A DNA stretch of 64,000 nucleotides. Source: Nemertoderma westbladi. Taxonomy: Eukaryota > Animalia > Xenacoelomorpha. Made by a program: the position numbers and the translations under genes. Positions 38,701 through 50,000 of the stretch are shown here, piece after piece; the stretch's first letter is position 1; the number at the start of each line of letters is the position of its first letter. Under the pieces are notes generated by a model. It worked only from the letters and a program-made list of their open reading frames with translations. It searched no databases and was not told the origin of the DNA. The DNA is taken from positions 1 through 64,000 of the forward strand of contig JAUCBJ010003066.1 of assembly GCA_032718475.1 (NCBI GenBank). The letters are read 5' to 3'.

Positions 38701-41700
38701 TCTATAGGAAACAATATAAAACAATGTCTGTGAGCCACTCTATAGGAAACAATATAAAACAATGTCTGTGAGTCGCTCTATAGGAAACAATATAAAACAA
38801 TGACTGTGAGCCGCGCCACTCTATAGGAAACAATATAAAACAATGACTGTGAGCCGCGCCACTGTATAGGAAACAATATAAAACAATGACTGTGAGCCAC
38901 TCTATAGGAAACAATATAAAACAATGTCTGTGAGCCGAGCCACTCTATAGGAAACAATATAAAACAATGTCTGTGAGCCACTCTATGGGAAACAATATAA
39001 AACAATGTCTGTGAGCCGCGCCACTCTATAGGAAACAATATAAAACAATGTCTGTGAGCCGCGCCACTCTATAGGAAACAATATAAAACAATGTCTGTGA
39101 GCCGCGCCACTCTATAGGAAACAATATAAAACAATGACTGTGAGCCACTCTATAGGAAACAATATAAAACAATGTCTGTGAGCCGAGCCACTCTATAGGA
39201 AACAATATAAAACAATAAATGTGAGCCACTCTATAGGAAACAATATAAAACAATGTCTGTGAGCCGCGCCACTCTATAGGAAACAATATAAAACAATGTC
39301 TGTGAGCCACTCTATGGGAAACAATATAAAACAATGTCTGTGAGCCGCGCCACTCTATAGGAAACAATATAAAACAATGTCTGTGAGCCACTCTATAGGA
39401 AACAATATAAAACAATGTCTGTGAGCCACTCTATAGGAAACAATATAAAACAATGTCTGTGAGCCACTCTATAGGAAACAATATAAAACAATGTCCGAGT
39501 GCCACTCTATAGGAAACAATATAAAACAATGTCTGTGAGCCGCGCCACTCTATAGGAAACAATATAAAACAATGACTGTGAGCCGCGCCACTCTATAGGA
39601 AACAATATAAAACAATGTCTGTGAGCCACTCTATAGGAAACAATATAAAACAATGTCTGTGAGCCACTCTATGGGAAACAATATAAAACAATGTCTGTGA
39701 GCCGCGCCACTCTATAGGAAACAATATAAAACAATGTCTGTGAGCCACTCTATAGGAAACAATATAAAACAATGTCTGTGAGCCACTCTATAGGAAACAA
39801 TATAAAACAATGTCTGTGAGCCACTCTATAGGAAACAATATAAAACAATGTCTGTGAGCCGTGCCACTCTATAGGAAACAATATAAAACAATGTCTGTGA
39901 GCCACTCTATAGGAAACAATATAAAACAATGTCTGTGAGCCACTCTATAGGAAACAATATAAAACAATGTCTGTGAGTCGCTCTATAGGAAACAATATAA
40001 AACAATGACTGTGAGCCGCGCCACTCTATAGGAAACAATATAAAACAATGACTGTGAGCCGCGCCACTGTATAGGAAACAATATAAAACAATGACTGTGA
40101 GCCACTCTATAGGAAACAATATAAAACAATGTCTGTGAGCCGAGCCACTCTATAGGAAACAATATAAAACAATGTCTGTGAGCCACTCTATGGGAAACAA
40201 TATAAAACAATGTCTGTGAGCCGCGCCACTCTATAGGAAACAATATAAAACAATGTCTGTGAGCCGCTCTATAGGAAACAATATAAAACAATGTCTGTGA
40301 GCCGCGCCACTCTATAGGAAACAATATAAAACAATGACTGTGAGCCACTCTATAGGAAACAATATAAAACAATGTCTGTGAGCCGAGCCACTCTATAGGA
40401 AACAATATAAAACAATAAATGTGAGCCACTCTATAGGAAACAATATAAAACAATGTCTGTGAGCCGCGCCACTCTATAGGAAACAATATAAAACAATGTC
40501 TGTGAGCCACTCTATGGGAAACAATATAAAACAATGTCTGTGAGCCGCGCCACTCTATAGGAAACAATATAAAACAATGTCTGTGAGCCACTCTATAGGA
40601 AACAATATAAAACAATGTCTGTGAGCCACTCTATAGGAAACAATATAAAACAATGTCTGTGAGCCACTCTATAGGAAACAATATAAAACAATGTCCGAGT
40701 GCCACTCTATAGGAAACAATATAAAACAATGTCTGTGAGCCGCGCCACTCTATAGGAAACAATATAAAACAATGACTGTGAGCCGCGCCACTCTATAGGA
40801 AACAATATAAAACAATGTCTGTGAGCCACTCTATAGGAAACAATATAAAACAATGTCTGTGAGCCACTCTATGGGAAACAATATAAAACAATGTCTGTGA
40901 GCCGCGCCACTCTATAGGAAACAATATAAAACAATGTCTGTGAGCCACTCTATAGGAAACAATATAAAACAATGTCTGTGAGCCGCTCTATAGGAAACAA
41001 TATAAAACAATGTATGTCTATGAGCCACTCTATAGGAAACAATATAAAACAATGTCTGTGAGCCGCGCCACTCTATAGGAAACAATATAAAACAATGTCT
41101 GTGAGCCACTCTATAGGAAACAATATAAAACAATGTCTGTGAGCCACTCTATAGGAAACAATATAAAACAATGTCTGTGAGCCGCGCCACTCTATAGGAA
41201 ACAATATAAAACAATGTCTGTGAGCCACTCTATAGGAAACAATATAAAACAATGTCTGTGAGCCACTCTATAGGAAACAATATAAAACAATGTCTGTGAG
41301 CCACTCTATAGGAAACAATATAAAACAATGTCTGTGAGCCACTCTATAGAAAACAATATAAAACAATGACTGTGAGCCACTCTATAGGAAACAATATAAA
41401 ACAATGACTATACTTTTTTCCCTAGACGTCACCCACCCACCTGACTACTTTCTGGATATCGACCGAGAAGTAATATAGAGTCCGACTTGGCGACCGATCG
41501 GATGAGCGAGGAATCTCCCGCAAGTAAACGTAAGATTCCAGGAACATCTGGTACAATAACTGTTTGGTTTCCTTCGGCGGCAATAAAGCTATCGATTCTA
41601 TCTGCAATAAATATATTACAGTCAAAGAGCTTCTAACCAAAACACTAAACTAATTCTCATTTTATTTGTGCCCCCCCCCCCTGATCCCTTCTCACCTGTT

Positions 41701-43097
41701 TCTGATCCAGGGCTCCCTTCTCTAGTATCAACCGAAACAGTCGGGCTGACTTCGACCCGAATCTCTCCATCACTATGGTAACCAGAGTCTCCCGTACCAG
41801 CAGTTGTACCCCGGACTTTATATTAACGGAGAACATCCCACCCCCGTCGTCCCCCGCCCGGGACACAAACGAGTTCGGGTCCTCAGCCATCATGTTGAGA
41901 TAGGTGGTAACCATGGTTACGGAAGACTTAGTGTTGCCGGGGAGACCAGCGTGGACGCGGTGTGTGCTTATCGGTTCGGTGGAGGCGGCCCGGTAGACCG
42001 TGGTAACGCTGAGTCGCAGCACCGTCTGCACGATCTCGCCCGCTATTGGTCCGTAAGCGTTGGTTGTCACGGTAACTAGGAGTTGGTCCCTCAGTGATTG
42101 GTGGAAACGGTCCGGGTTGATGTACCAACAGGAGGGGTCTGTCGGGAATTAATAATCAGTAATAAATTAATATGATTGATTATGGTGGACACAAAACATA
42201 ATGTACCTTTAAATAATAATAATTTTAAAAGAAAATTAGCGGAAATTATTAGATTATAACTCCGATATATTATCCAACTCTCATTCTACTAGGAATTCAA
42301 TACTCGAGTCTGTGGTTAATAAATATTCGTTCACCTTCCGGGCTTTTAGTTTCCGGAGTTCCGGAGAACTTCCGTTTCACTCCGCGGTCATTCAACTCGG
42401 TGAAATCGCTGTCCCGGACAAGGAAACCCGAGTCGGTATCCTGTTGCAGCAGAACGGGGGCCGTCGGAGTGGTTTGGGAGACCGCCGGACACCGACGTAG
42501 GAAGTGGGTGTGTACGAGATCGACGAAGGTCTCTCGGATGGAGTCCAGATCGCCGCTGTTCCCCTCCGCGATCAACCGATCGCGCACGCGACTGATCAGC
42601 TCACCCCCCGTTAGTTCCCCCTTCATAAGCAATTCCTCGATAATGAGTTCACCGGTGTCCTGATAGAGGCGTTGTATTACCATGGCATAACGAGGGAATC
42701 TACAAACACAATACAAAAGGCTATATAGTTATCAGTTATCAAAATTCCCGAAAGAGTCCTTACTTTCAGAGGCTTCACAAATTTGAAAAATCCAATCACT
42801 GCTTTGCTGTACTTGCAGACATTGAGATCTAACTAACCTTGGCCGCAGTAATATAGAAGACGGATTCACCGTATAATAGACCAGACCATCCCCGCCTATC
42901 TTGAACCCAGCTATGTGTTGGTGTATAAGAACGCAGAGCGAGTTTTTTACTTGACTCGGTTTCATATTTAGCCGACGGCACGAATCCCGAAGAGTGAGTG
43001 ATCCTTTAGCCAACATTCCCGCCACAACCTCGCCGATCGTACTCCCGTATAACTCGCTACAAACAACTTTGCATAAACTGATCTCACGTTGCGCCAT
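20472..43097 (-). CDS. POLR3C: DNA-directed RNA polymerase III subunit RPC3, complete gene. Exons 43097-42838, 42699-42335, 42138-41696, 41601-41441, 20784-20472; about 513 aa
   Basis: All introns are GT-AG with matching phases (1542 nt CDS). Motifs LCVLIHQHI, TGELIIEELL, WYINPDRFHQSLRDQ, GDDGGGMFSVN, ERFGSKSARLFRL, LREIPRSSDRSPSRTLY and EVEVDETVFIL match RPC3/RPC62. Confidence 0.95.
20766..41408 (-). repeat. 38/43-bp satellite, about 500 copies, filling POLR3C intron 4; unit is the 3' splice site plus the start of exon 5
   Basis: Minus-strand unit CATTGTTTTATATTGTTTCCTATAG|AGTGGC(GCGGC)TCACAGA, compared with the true junction CATTGTTTTATATTGTTTCCTACAG|AGTGGCTCTCGGACATTGTT. Confidence 0.97.
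41441..41601 (-). CDS. POLR3C: POLR3C exon 4
   Basis: ttattgcag|IESIALLPPKETKQLLYQMFLESYVYLREIPRSSDRSPSRTLYYFSVDIQKVV(R)|gtgggt. Confidence 0.93.
41696..42138 (-). CDS. POLR3C: POLR3C exon 3
   Basis: cccgacag|(D)PSCWYINPDRFHQSLRDQ...LEKGALDQKQ|gtgaga. Confidence 0.93.
42335..42699 (-). CDS. POLR3C: POLR3C exon 2
   Basis: tttgtag|(R)FPRYAMVIQRLYQDTGELIIEELL...KSPE|gtgaac. Confidence 0.92.
42838..43097 (-). CDS. POLR3C: POLR3C exon 1
   Basis: MAQREISLCKVVCSELYG...SILLRP(R)|gttagt. Confidence 0.92.
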
Positions 43098-43866
43098 GGT
43101 ACGGCCTCGGCCTATATAATCGTGGTACCCAACTGCCCAAACCATACGGGACAGCACGACACCGTATCGTATCCAACAGGATATGCCAACTCAGCTCACT
43201 GCACTACACTACGGTAGCTCGATTAGCACTAAGATACTAAACGAATAGGCCTACCGGGAACGCAAGGCGCCAGGCCAGCAACACTCTTGGATAAATATAA
43301 AATTAAGTCCCAGCAACTTACTTTGATCTGAAGAATTTGAATTTCCCTCCTTTATTTCTTTGCATATCTAATCAATAACAGTAGACTGAAGAGGGATATT
43401 TAAATTATTGTACGTTCTCAGATCATGCTGTCATGCAGATTACCGGTACAACATACCACAGTACGAGTACAACTCCTCTAGTACCAGTATTGTCACTGAC
43501 ACAGCAAACTACAATTCATATAGCTTTCAAGTGTCGAGGCAGGTGACGGCGTTGGCCTTGGTAGAGCGCGGGTTGGCGTCTAGGCGTTGGCGTTGGTAGA
43601 GCGCGGGTTGGCGTCTAGGCGTTGGCGTTGGTAGAGCGCAGTTGTAATCTCAGAAGATTCCGGTATCATATACTAATAGAGTGATATAGTCCAGTAGTCT
43701 GGTAGTCGTAGTAGGCCTATTATAACAATAGGAGGCCTCCCCGACTGCCCGAGGGGAGGCACTCCACTTGCAGACTTGGTTCTGTCCTTAAACTATTACT
43801 GCATTACAATACTGCAATACAATTAGCGTTACCAGTCAGTAACCGTCGTCCCACGAGACGGGACCC
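43098..43866. promoter_or_regulatory. Putative bidirectional promoter and 5' UTRs between POLR3C and XPA
   Basis: Divergent start codons about 770 bp apart. Contains a 35-bp unit in 2.5 copies (43551-43640) and a GC hairpin (43735-43760). Confidence 0.65.
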
Positions 43867-44084
43867 ATGCACAAAATGTCGCGCCAAGAACAAAATACCC
43901 AGATCGAAATTTCTGTTAAACAACAGAAGAGAATCGATGATAATAAAACGGCAGCGCTTAAACGCCGCGATGCGCGTCTGAAACGCCGAGCCAATACATC
44001 GGACGTCGCAGAAGCAACGTCGAAAATAGGGCGAAATGAAGATGGTACCGGTAGTGATATGACGTCACTCGCTGCAAACGTGAG
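43867..44084 (+). CDS. XPA: XPA exon 1
   Basis: [20 protein letters not shown] resembles the XPA N-terminal helix. The phase-2 donor AG|gttagt matches the phase of exon 2. Confidence 0.85.
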
Positions 44085-47000
44085 GTTAGTTGTTTACTTG
44101 TTTAGAGTTTACTCAAAAGTCACACAGATCCATGCAGGCGATTGCGATAGGCCATCTAATATCTGCATATCAGCTACCGCAGTAGTGTCAATGATGTCAG
44201 AAATATATGATGAAAGTTGAAAGTTTGTAAGAGCCTGTCTGGCTGGTCAAAGCTAAAACTGAGATTTATACATTCCGAATCCATTTCTTGTTTGAGGTTT
44301 GATTAACATTGGCGATTGCAGTAAGTTTTACTTTTGTTGACTAGCTAGGCCCTACACAACACATATATCCATTAGTAAAAATCATATTATAAACTTCACT
44401 TTATTTTTACTTTCATTTTCTGAAAGATTTTGTTTATTTCGGTTTATTTTTAGCGGGAATGTTTCGAGTATCTCCAAACAGATCCCAATCCCCAGACCTG
44501 TCGTTGACACAAACGCCGGATTCTTTCTAGAAGACGAACAACCCGTAGCTCATACGTCCTCCTCTGGTTCCCATAGTAACCGGAACTACCCGAAAGAGGA
44601 CAAACCCAATCCGTTGACTTCCGAAAGATTCCAATGTTTGGAATGCCAAGAGAGATTCTTGTATTCTTTCTTGAGTCGGAACTTTGGGTTCAACGTATGC
44701 GATGGTTGCAGGTAATATTTAATATTATATGTAGAGCGACGTTATGGACGTTATATGCCGTTATTTAGGTTAGGGACGTTATGGCCGTTATTTACTGACG
44801 TTACTACCGTTATTTAGGGACGTTATAACCGTTATTTAGGGACGTTATAACCGTTATTTAGGGACGTTATGACCGTTATTTAGGGACGTTATAACCGTTA
44901 TTTAGGGACGTTATGACCGTTATTTAGGGACGTTAAACCGTTATTTAGGGACGTTATAACCGTTATTTAGGGACGTTATGACCGTTATTTAGGGACGTTA
45001 TAACCGTTATTTAGGGACGTTATGGCCTTTATTTAAGGACGTTATAACCGTTATTTAGGGACGTTATATGACAGTTATTTAGGGACGTTATGGCCGTTAT
45101 TTAGGGACGTTATAACCGTTATTTAGGGACGTTATGACCGTTATTTAGGGACGTTATGACCGTTATTTAGGGACGTTACAACCGTTATTTAATGACGTTA
45201 TAACCGTTATTTAGGGACGTTATATGACCGTTATTTAGGGCGGACGTTATGGCCTTTTCTTCGGGACGTTATGTCCGTTATTTAGGGACGTTATAACCGT
45301 TATTTAATGACGTTATAACCGTTATTTAGGGACGTTATATGACCGTTATTTAGGGACGTTATGGCCGTTATTTAGGGACGTTATAACCGTTATTTACTGA
45401 CGTTATAACCGTTATTTACTGACGTTATAACCGTTATTTAGGGACGTTATGACCGTTATTTAGGGACGTTATAACCGTTATTTAATGACGTTATAACCGT
45501 TATTTAAGGACGTTATGGCCTTTATTTAGGGACGTTATATGACCGTTATTTAGGGACGTTATGACCGTTATTTAGGGACGTTATATGACCGTTATTTAGG
45601 GACGTTATACGACCGTTATTTAGGGACGTTATGACCGTTATTTAGGGACGTTATATGACCGTTATTTAGGGACGTTATAACCGTTATTTAATTGCGTTAT
45701 AACCGTTATTTAAGGACGTTATGGCCTTTATTTAGGGACGTTATATGGCCGTTATTTAGGGACGTTATAACCGTTATTTAATGACGTTATAACCGTTATT
45801 TAAGGACGTTATGGCCTTTATTTAGGGACGTTATATGACCGTTATTTAGGGACGTTATGACCGTTATTTAGGGACGTTATATGACCGTTGTTTAGGGACG
45901 TTATATGACCGTTATTTAGGTTAGGGACGTTATGACCGTTATTTAGGGACGTTATATGACCGTTATTTAGGGACGTTATATGACCGTTATTTAGGGACGT
46001 TCTAACCGTTATTTAGGGAAGTTATAACCGTTATTTATGGATGTTATGACCGTTATTTAGGGATGTTATGACCGTTATTTGGGGACGTTATGACCGTTAT
46101 TTAGGGACGTTATATGACAGTTATTTAGGGATGTTATGGCCGTTATTTAGGGATGTTATGGCCGTTATTTAGGGATGTTATGACCGTTATTTGGCCGTTA
46201 TTTAGGGATGTTATGGCCGTTATTTAGGGATGTTATAGCCGTTATTTAGGGAAGTTATGGCCGTTATTTAGGGATGTTGTGGCCGTTATTTAGGGAAGTT
46301 ATGGCCTTTATTTATAAGGTTAGGTTTAGATTAATAATTAACCAATCAGGTTGTTTAATCCACTTCTAGAGACGACAGACACAAACTTATCACTAAAACC
46401 AACGCTAAACAGACTTACCTTATTAAAGATGCCGACCTCGATAGACGGGAGCCGAGGTTGAGTTTCATTTCCCGTAAGAATCCCCATAACGATACTTGGG
46501 GGGAGATGAGGTTGTACTTGGAATCCCAGGTATTTAATTTATATTTTTTATTCCCATACTTATTCTGTTTACAACTGCCCCCTGGAATTAAAATAAGGTC
46601 GGCGTTACGGCCCCCAATGTGAGCGGATTCAATTCCGCCTCACTATCCCCATAAAGTTGGGAAGTGGCGCTTTTTCAGCAATATTGGGGATACGAGATTA
46701 ATCACAACTAATCTCGTATCGCACCCAATAACGGGGACAACACACAGCCCCGAAGGCCACACAAAGGGAGGTTAGAGGTCAAACCACCTCGAGAGGGAAA
46801 GTAACAGCAGCGGGGGTGGAAGCACTCCAACAGAGGTGGGAGCCGAGAATTAGATTATTAGCCAATAGGGGCGAGGAAAGCATCCGCTAGATAGAGAGGC
46901 CAAAGTAGTGTAGGGATGACAATCATATATTATATTGCATACCACTACCGGTCAATTCAGTTTACTCAGTCATCTAGCGCAGATCGGTGACATTTCGTAC

Positions 47001-50000
47001 CGTCACCGTCACTACCGGTACAACATCTTATATTATATTTGCATACACTCTGACAACTGTGCTATTATATTCTATATCAGTATCTGCATTAAGCTATAAC
47101 AATATTAGAACGATAACAACAAACTATCTTTTTCCCAATTACACGGTGACGCGTAACGTAATAATCCGTTCGGGATCCCCTGATCCCGTCACACCCAAAC
47201 CGGGGGGGTTCATCTTTATAACCATAGCAGAACATCAGCCCTGTACATCAATTAATAATGCGAACTGTATGTAGCTAATAATGCGTACTGTATGCAGCTA
47301 ATAATGCGTACTGTGTGTAACTAATAATGCGAACTGTATGTAACTAATAATGCGTACTGTATGTAGCTAATAATGCGTACTGTATGTAGCTAATAATGCG
47401 TACTGTATGTAGCTAATAATGCGAACTGTATGTAGCTAATAATGCGTACTGTATGTAGCTAATAATGCGTACTGTATGTAGCTAATAATGCGAACTGTAT
47501 GTAGCTAATAATGCGTACTGTATGCAGCTAATAATGCGTACTGTGTGTAACTAATAATGCGAACTGTATGTACTAATAATGCGTACTGTATGTAGCTAAT
47601 AATGCGTACTGTATGTAGCTAATAATGCGTACTGTATGTAGCTAATAATGCGTACTGTATGTAGCTAATAATGCGTACTGTATGTAGCTAATAATGCGTA
47701 CTGTATGCAGCTAATAATGCGTACTGTGTGTAACTAATAATGCGAACTGTATGTAACTAATAATGCGTACTGTATGTAGCTAATAATGCGTACTGTATGT
47801 AGCTAATAATGTGTACTGTATGCAGCTAATAATGCGTACTGTATGTATCTAATAATGCGTACTGTGTGTAACTAATAATGCGAACTGTATGTAACTAATA
47901 ATGCGTACTGTATGTAACTAATAATGCGTACTGTATGCAGCTAATAATGCGTACTGTATGTAACTAATAATGCGTACTGTATGTAGCTAATAATGCGTAC
48001 TGTATGTAGCTAATAATGCGTACTGTATGTAGCTAATAATGCGTACTGTATGTAGCTAATAATGCGTACTGTATGTAGCTAATAATGCGTACTGTATGTA
48101 GCTAATAATGCGAACTGTATGTAGCTAATAATGCGTACTGTATGTAGCTAATAATGCGTACTGTATGTAGCTAATAATGCGTACTGTATGTAGCTAATAA
48201 TGCATACTGTATGTAGCTAATAATGCGTACTGTATGTAGCTAATAATGCGTACTGTATGTAGCTAATAATGCGTACTGTATGTAGCTAATAATGCGTACT
48301 GTATGTAGCTAATAATGCATACTGTATGTAGCTAATAATGCGTACTGTATGTAGCTAATAATGCGTACTGTATGTAGCTAATAATGCGTACTGTATGTAG
48401 CTAATAATGCGTACTGTATGTAGCTAATAATGCGTACTGTATGTAGCTAATAATGCGTACTGTATGTAGCTAATAATGCGTACTGTATGTAGCTAATAAT
48501 GCGTACTGTATGTAGCTAATAATGCGTACTGTATGTAGCTAATAATGCGTACTGTATGTAGCTAATAATGCGTACTGTATGTAGCTAATAATGCGTACTG
48601 TATGTAGCTAATAATGTGTACTGTATGCAGCTAATAATGCGTACTGTATGTAGCTAATAATGCGTACTGTATGTAGCTAATAATGCGTACTGTATGTAGC
48701 TAATAATGCGAACTGTATGTAGCTAATAATGCGTACTGTATGTAGCTAATAATGCGTACTGTATGTAGCTAATAATGCGTACTGTATGTAGCTAATAATG
48801 CGTACTGTATGTAGCTAATAATGTGTACTGTATGCAGCTAATAATGCGTACTGTATGTAGCTAATAATGCGTACTGTATGTAGCTAATAATGCGTACTGT
48901 ATGTAGCTAATAATGCGAACTGTATGTAGCTAATAATGCGTACTGTATGTAGCTAATAATGCGTACTGTATGTAGCTAATAATGCGTACTGTATGTAGCT
49001 AATAATGCGTACTGTATGTAACTAATAATGCGAACTGTATGTAACTAATAATGCGTACTGTATGTAGCTAATAATGCGTACTGTATGTAGCTAATAATGC
49101 GTTCTGCTGTTATAATTCACTTTGCAGTTTACCCCCATGGGAAGAATACCAGGTTTTCACTCAGAACAGAAGGGCTGAATCAAACCAAAACAATAAACAA
49201 ATTTGTATCTGTACAGATAGAAGAAATAAGCTATAATTATAATGCACTTGATGAGAAATTTAAAAAATATAAATTCGTCATGTATGAAATGACAATAAAA
49301 TTTCAACCGAGAAGTGAAAACCTGGTATTCTTAACATTGGCGAATTTTTAGGAATAGAGATTTTATTTTATTTCTTCAAATACCTAGATGGAAGGGAAGA
49401 AAGGCAAATTATTTTCCTAACAATGGCGGACTATTTTCTACCTAATGACCCCTGAATGAGTAATTAAAGGCCATGATACACCACAGGAGCGGCGAGCGGC
49501 AGCGGCCGCGGCAAGCGGCCACTTTTTAAAAATAGAACACATTATTTTCTATGGGTGATGATACACCACAAATGGCTGCTGGCGCTCGCGGCTCCTATCG
49601 TGTATCATACTAAAAGTCGCCGCTCACATCGGCCGCTCGTCGCGGCCGCCCGCCGCTGCCGCTCGCCGCTCCTATAGTGTATCATACTAAAAGTCGCCGC
49701 TCACATCGGCCGCTCGCCGCGGCCGCCCGCCGCTGCCGCTCGCCGCTCCTGTGGTGTATCATGGCCTTAACCTTCCTCGTTGAACTGGATATTAATAACT
49801 GGTAAAACAGGTTTACAATATTTTTATTACTGATTTCTGTTTTTAACAATTTAACCATTTTTCTGACGTTTTACTTTCTGACGGTTTTCATTATCATTTT
49901 TCTGTTCTGGTTCTATCGGCAACCGGCCGGTACTAATTTCCTGTTTGACAATCGAGCGAGGTTAAGTATATGGGTCATTGGGAAAGAAGTTGTTTGTTTT

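Noticed and set aside
20790-41400. Dozens of minus-strand ORFs (FYIVSYRVAHRHCFILFPIEW...)
   Set aside because: These are translations of the 38/43-bp satellite. Only 20472-20784 is real coding sequence.
41422-41440. POLR3C ending at the in-frame stop just after exon 4 (WVGDV*)
   Set aside because: This would delete the conserved C-terminal helical region, which is present intact and in phase at 20472-20784.
43551-43670. tRNA D-arm-like GTTGGTAGAGCGC
   Set aside because: No T-arm (GTTCRA) or acceptor stem follows. It is part of a 35-bp duplication.
44740-46312. 22-bp array as another exon-junction-derived satellite
   Set aside because: Similarity to the exon 3 acceptor is limited to TAG.GACG, and the array stops about 55 nt before the exon.
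49771-49965. Possible TTAA-flanked piggyBac-like MITE
   Set aside because: Only about 9 bp of imperfect terminal complementarity, too weak to call.
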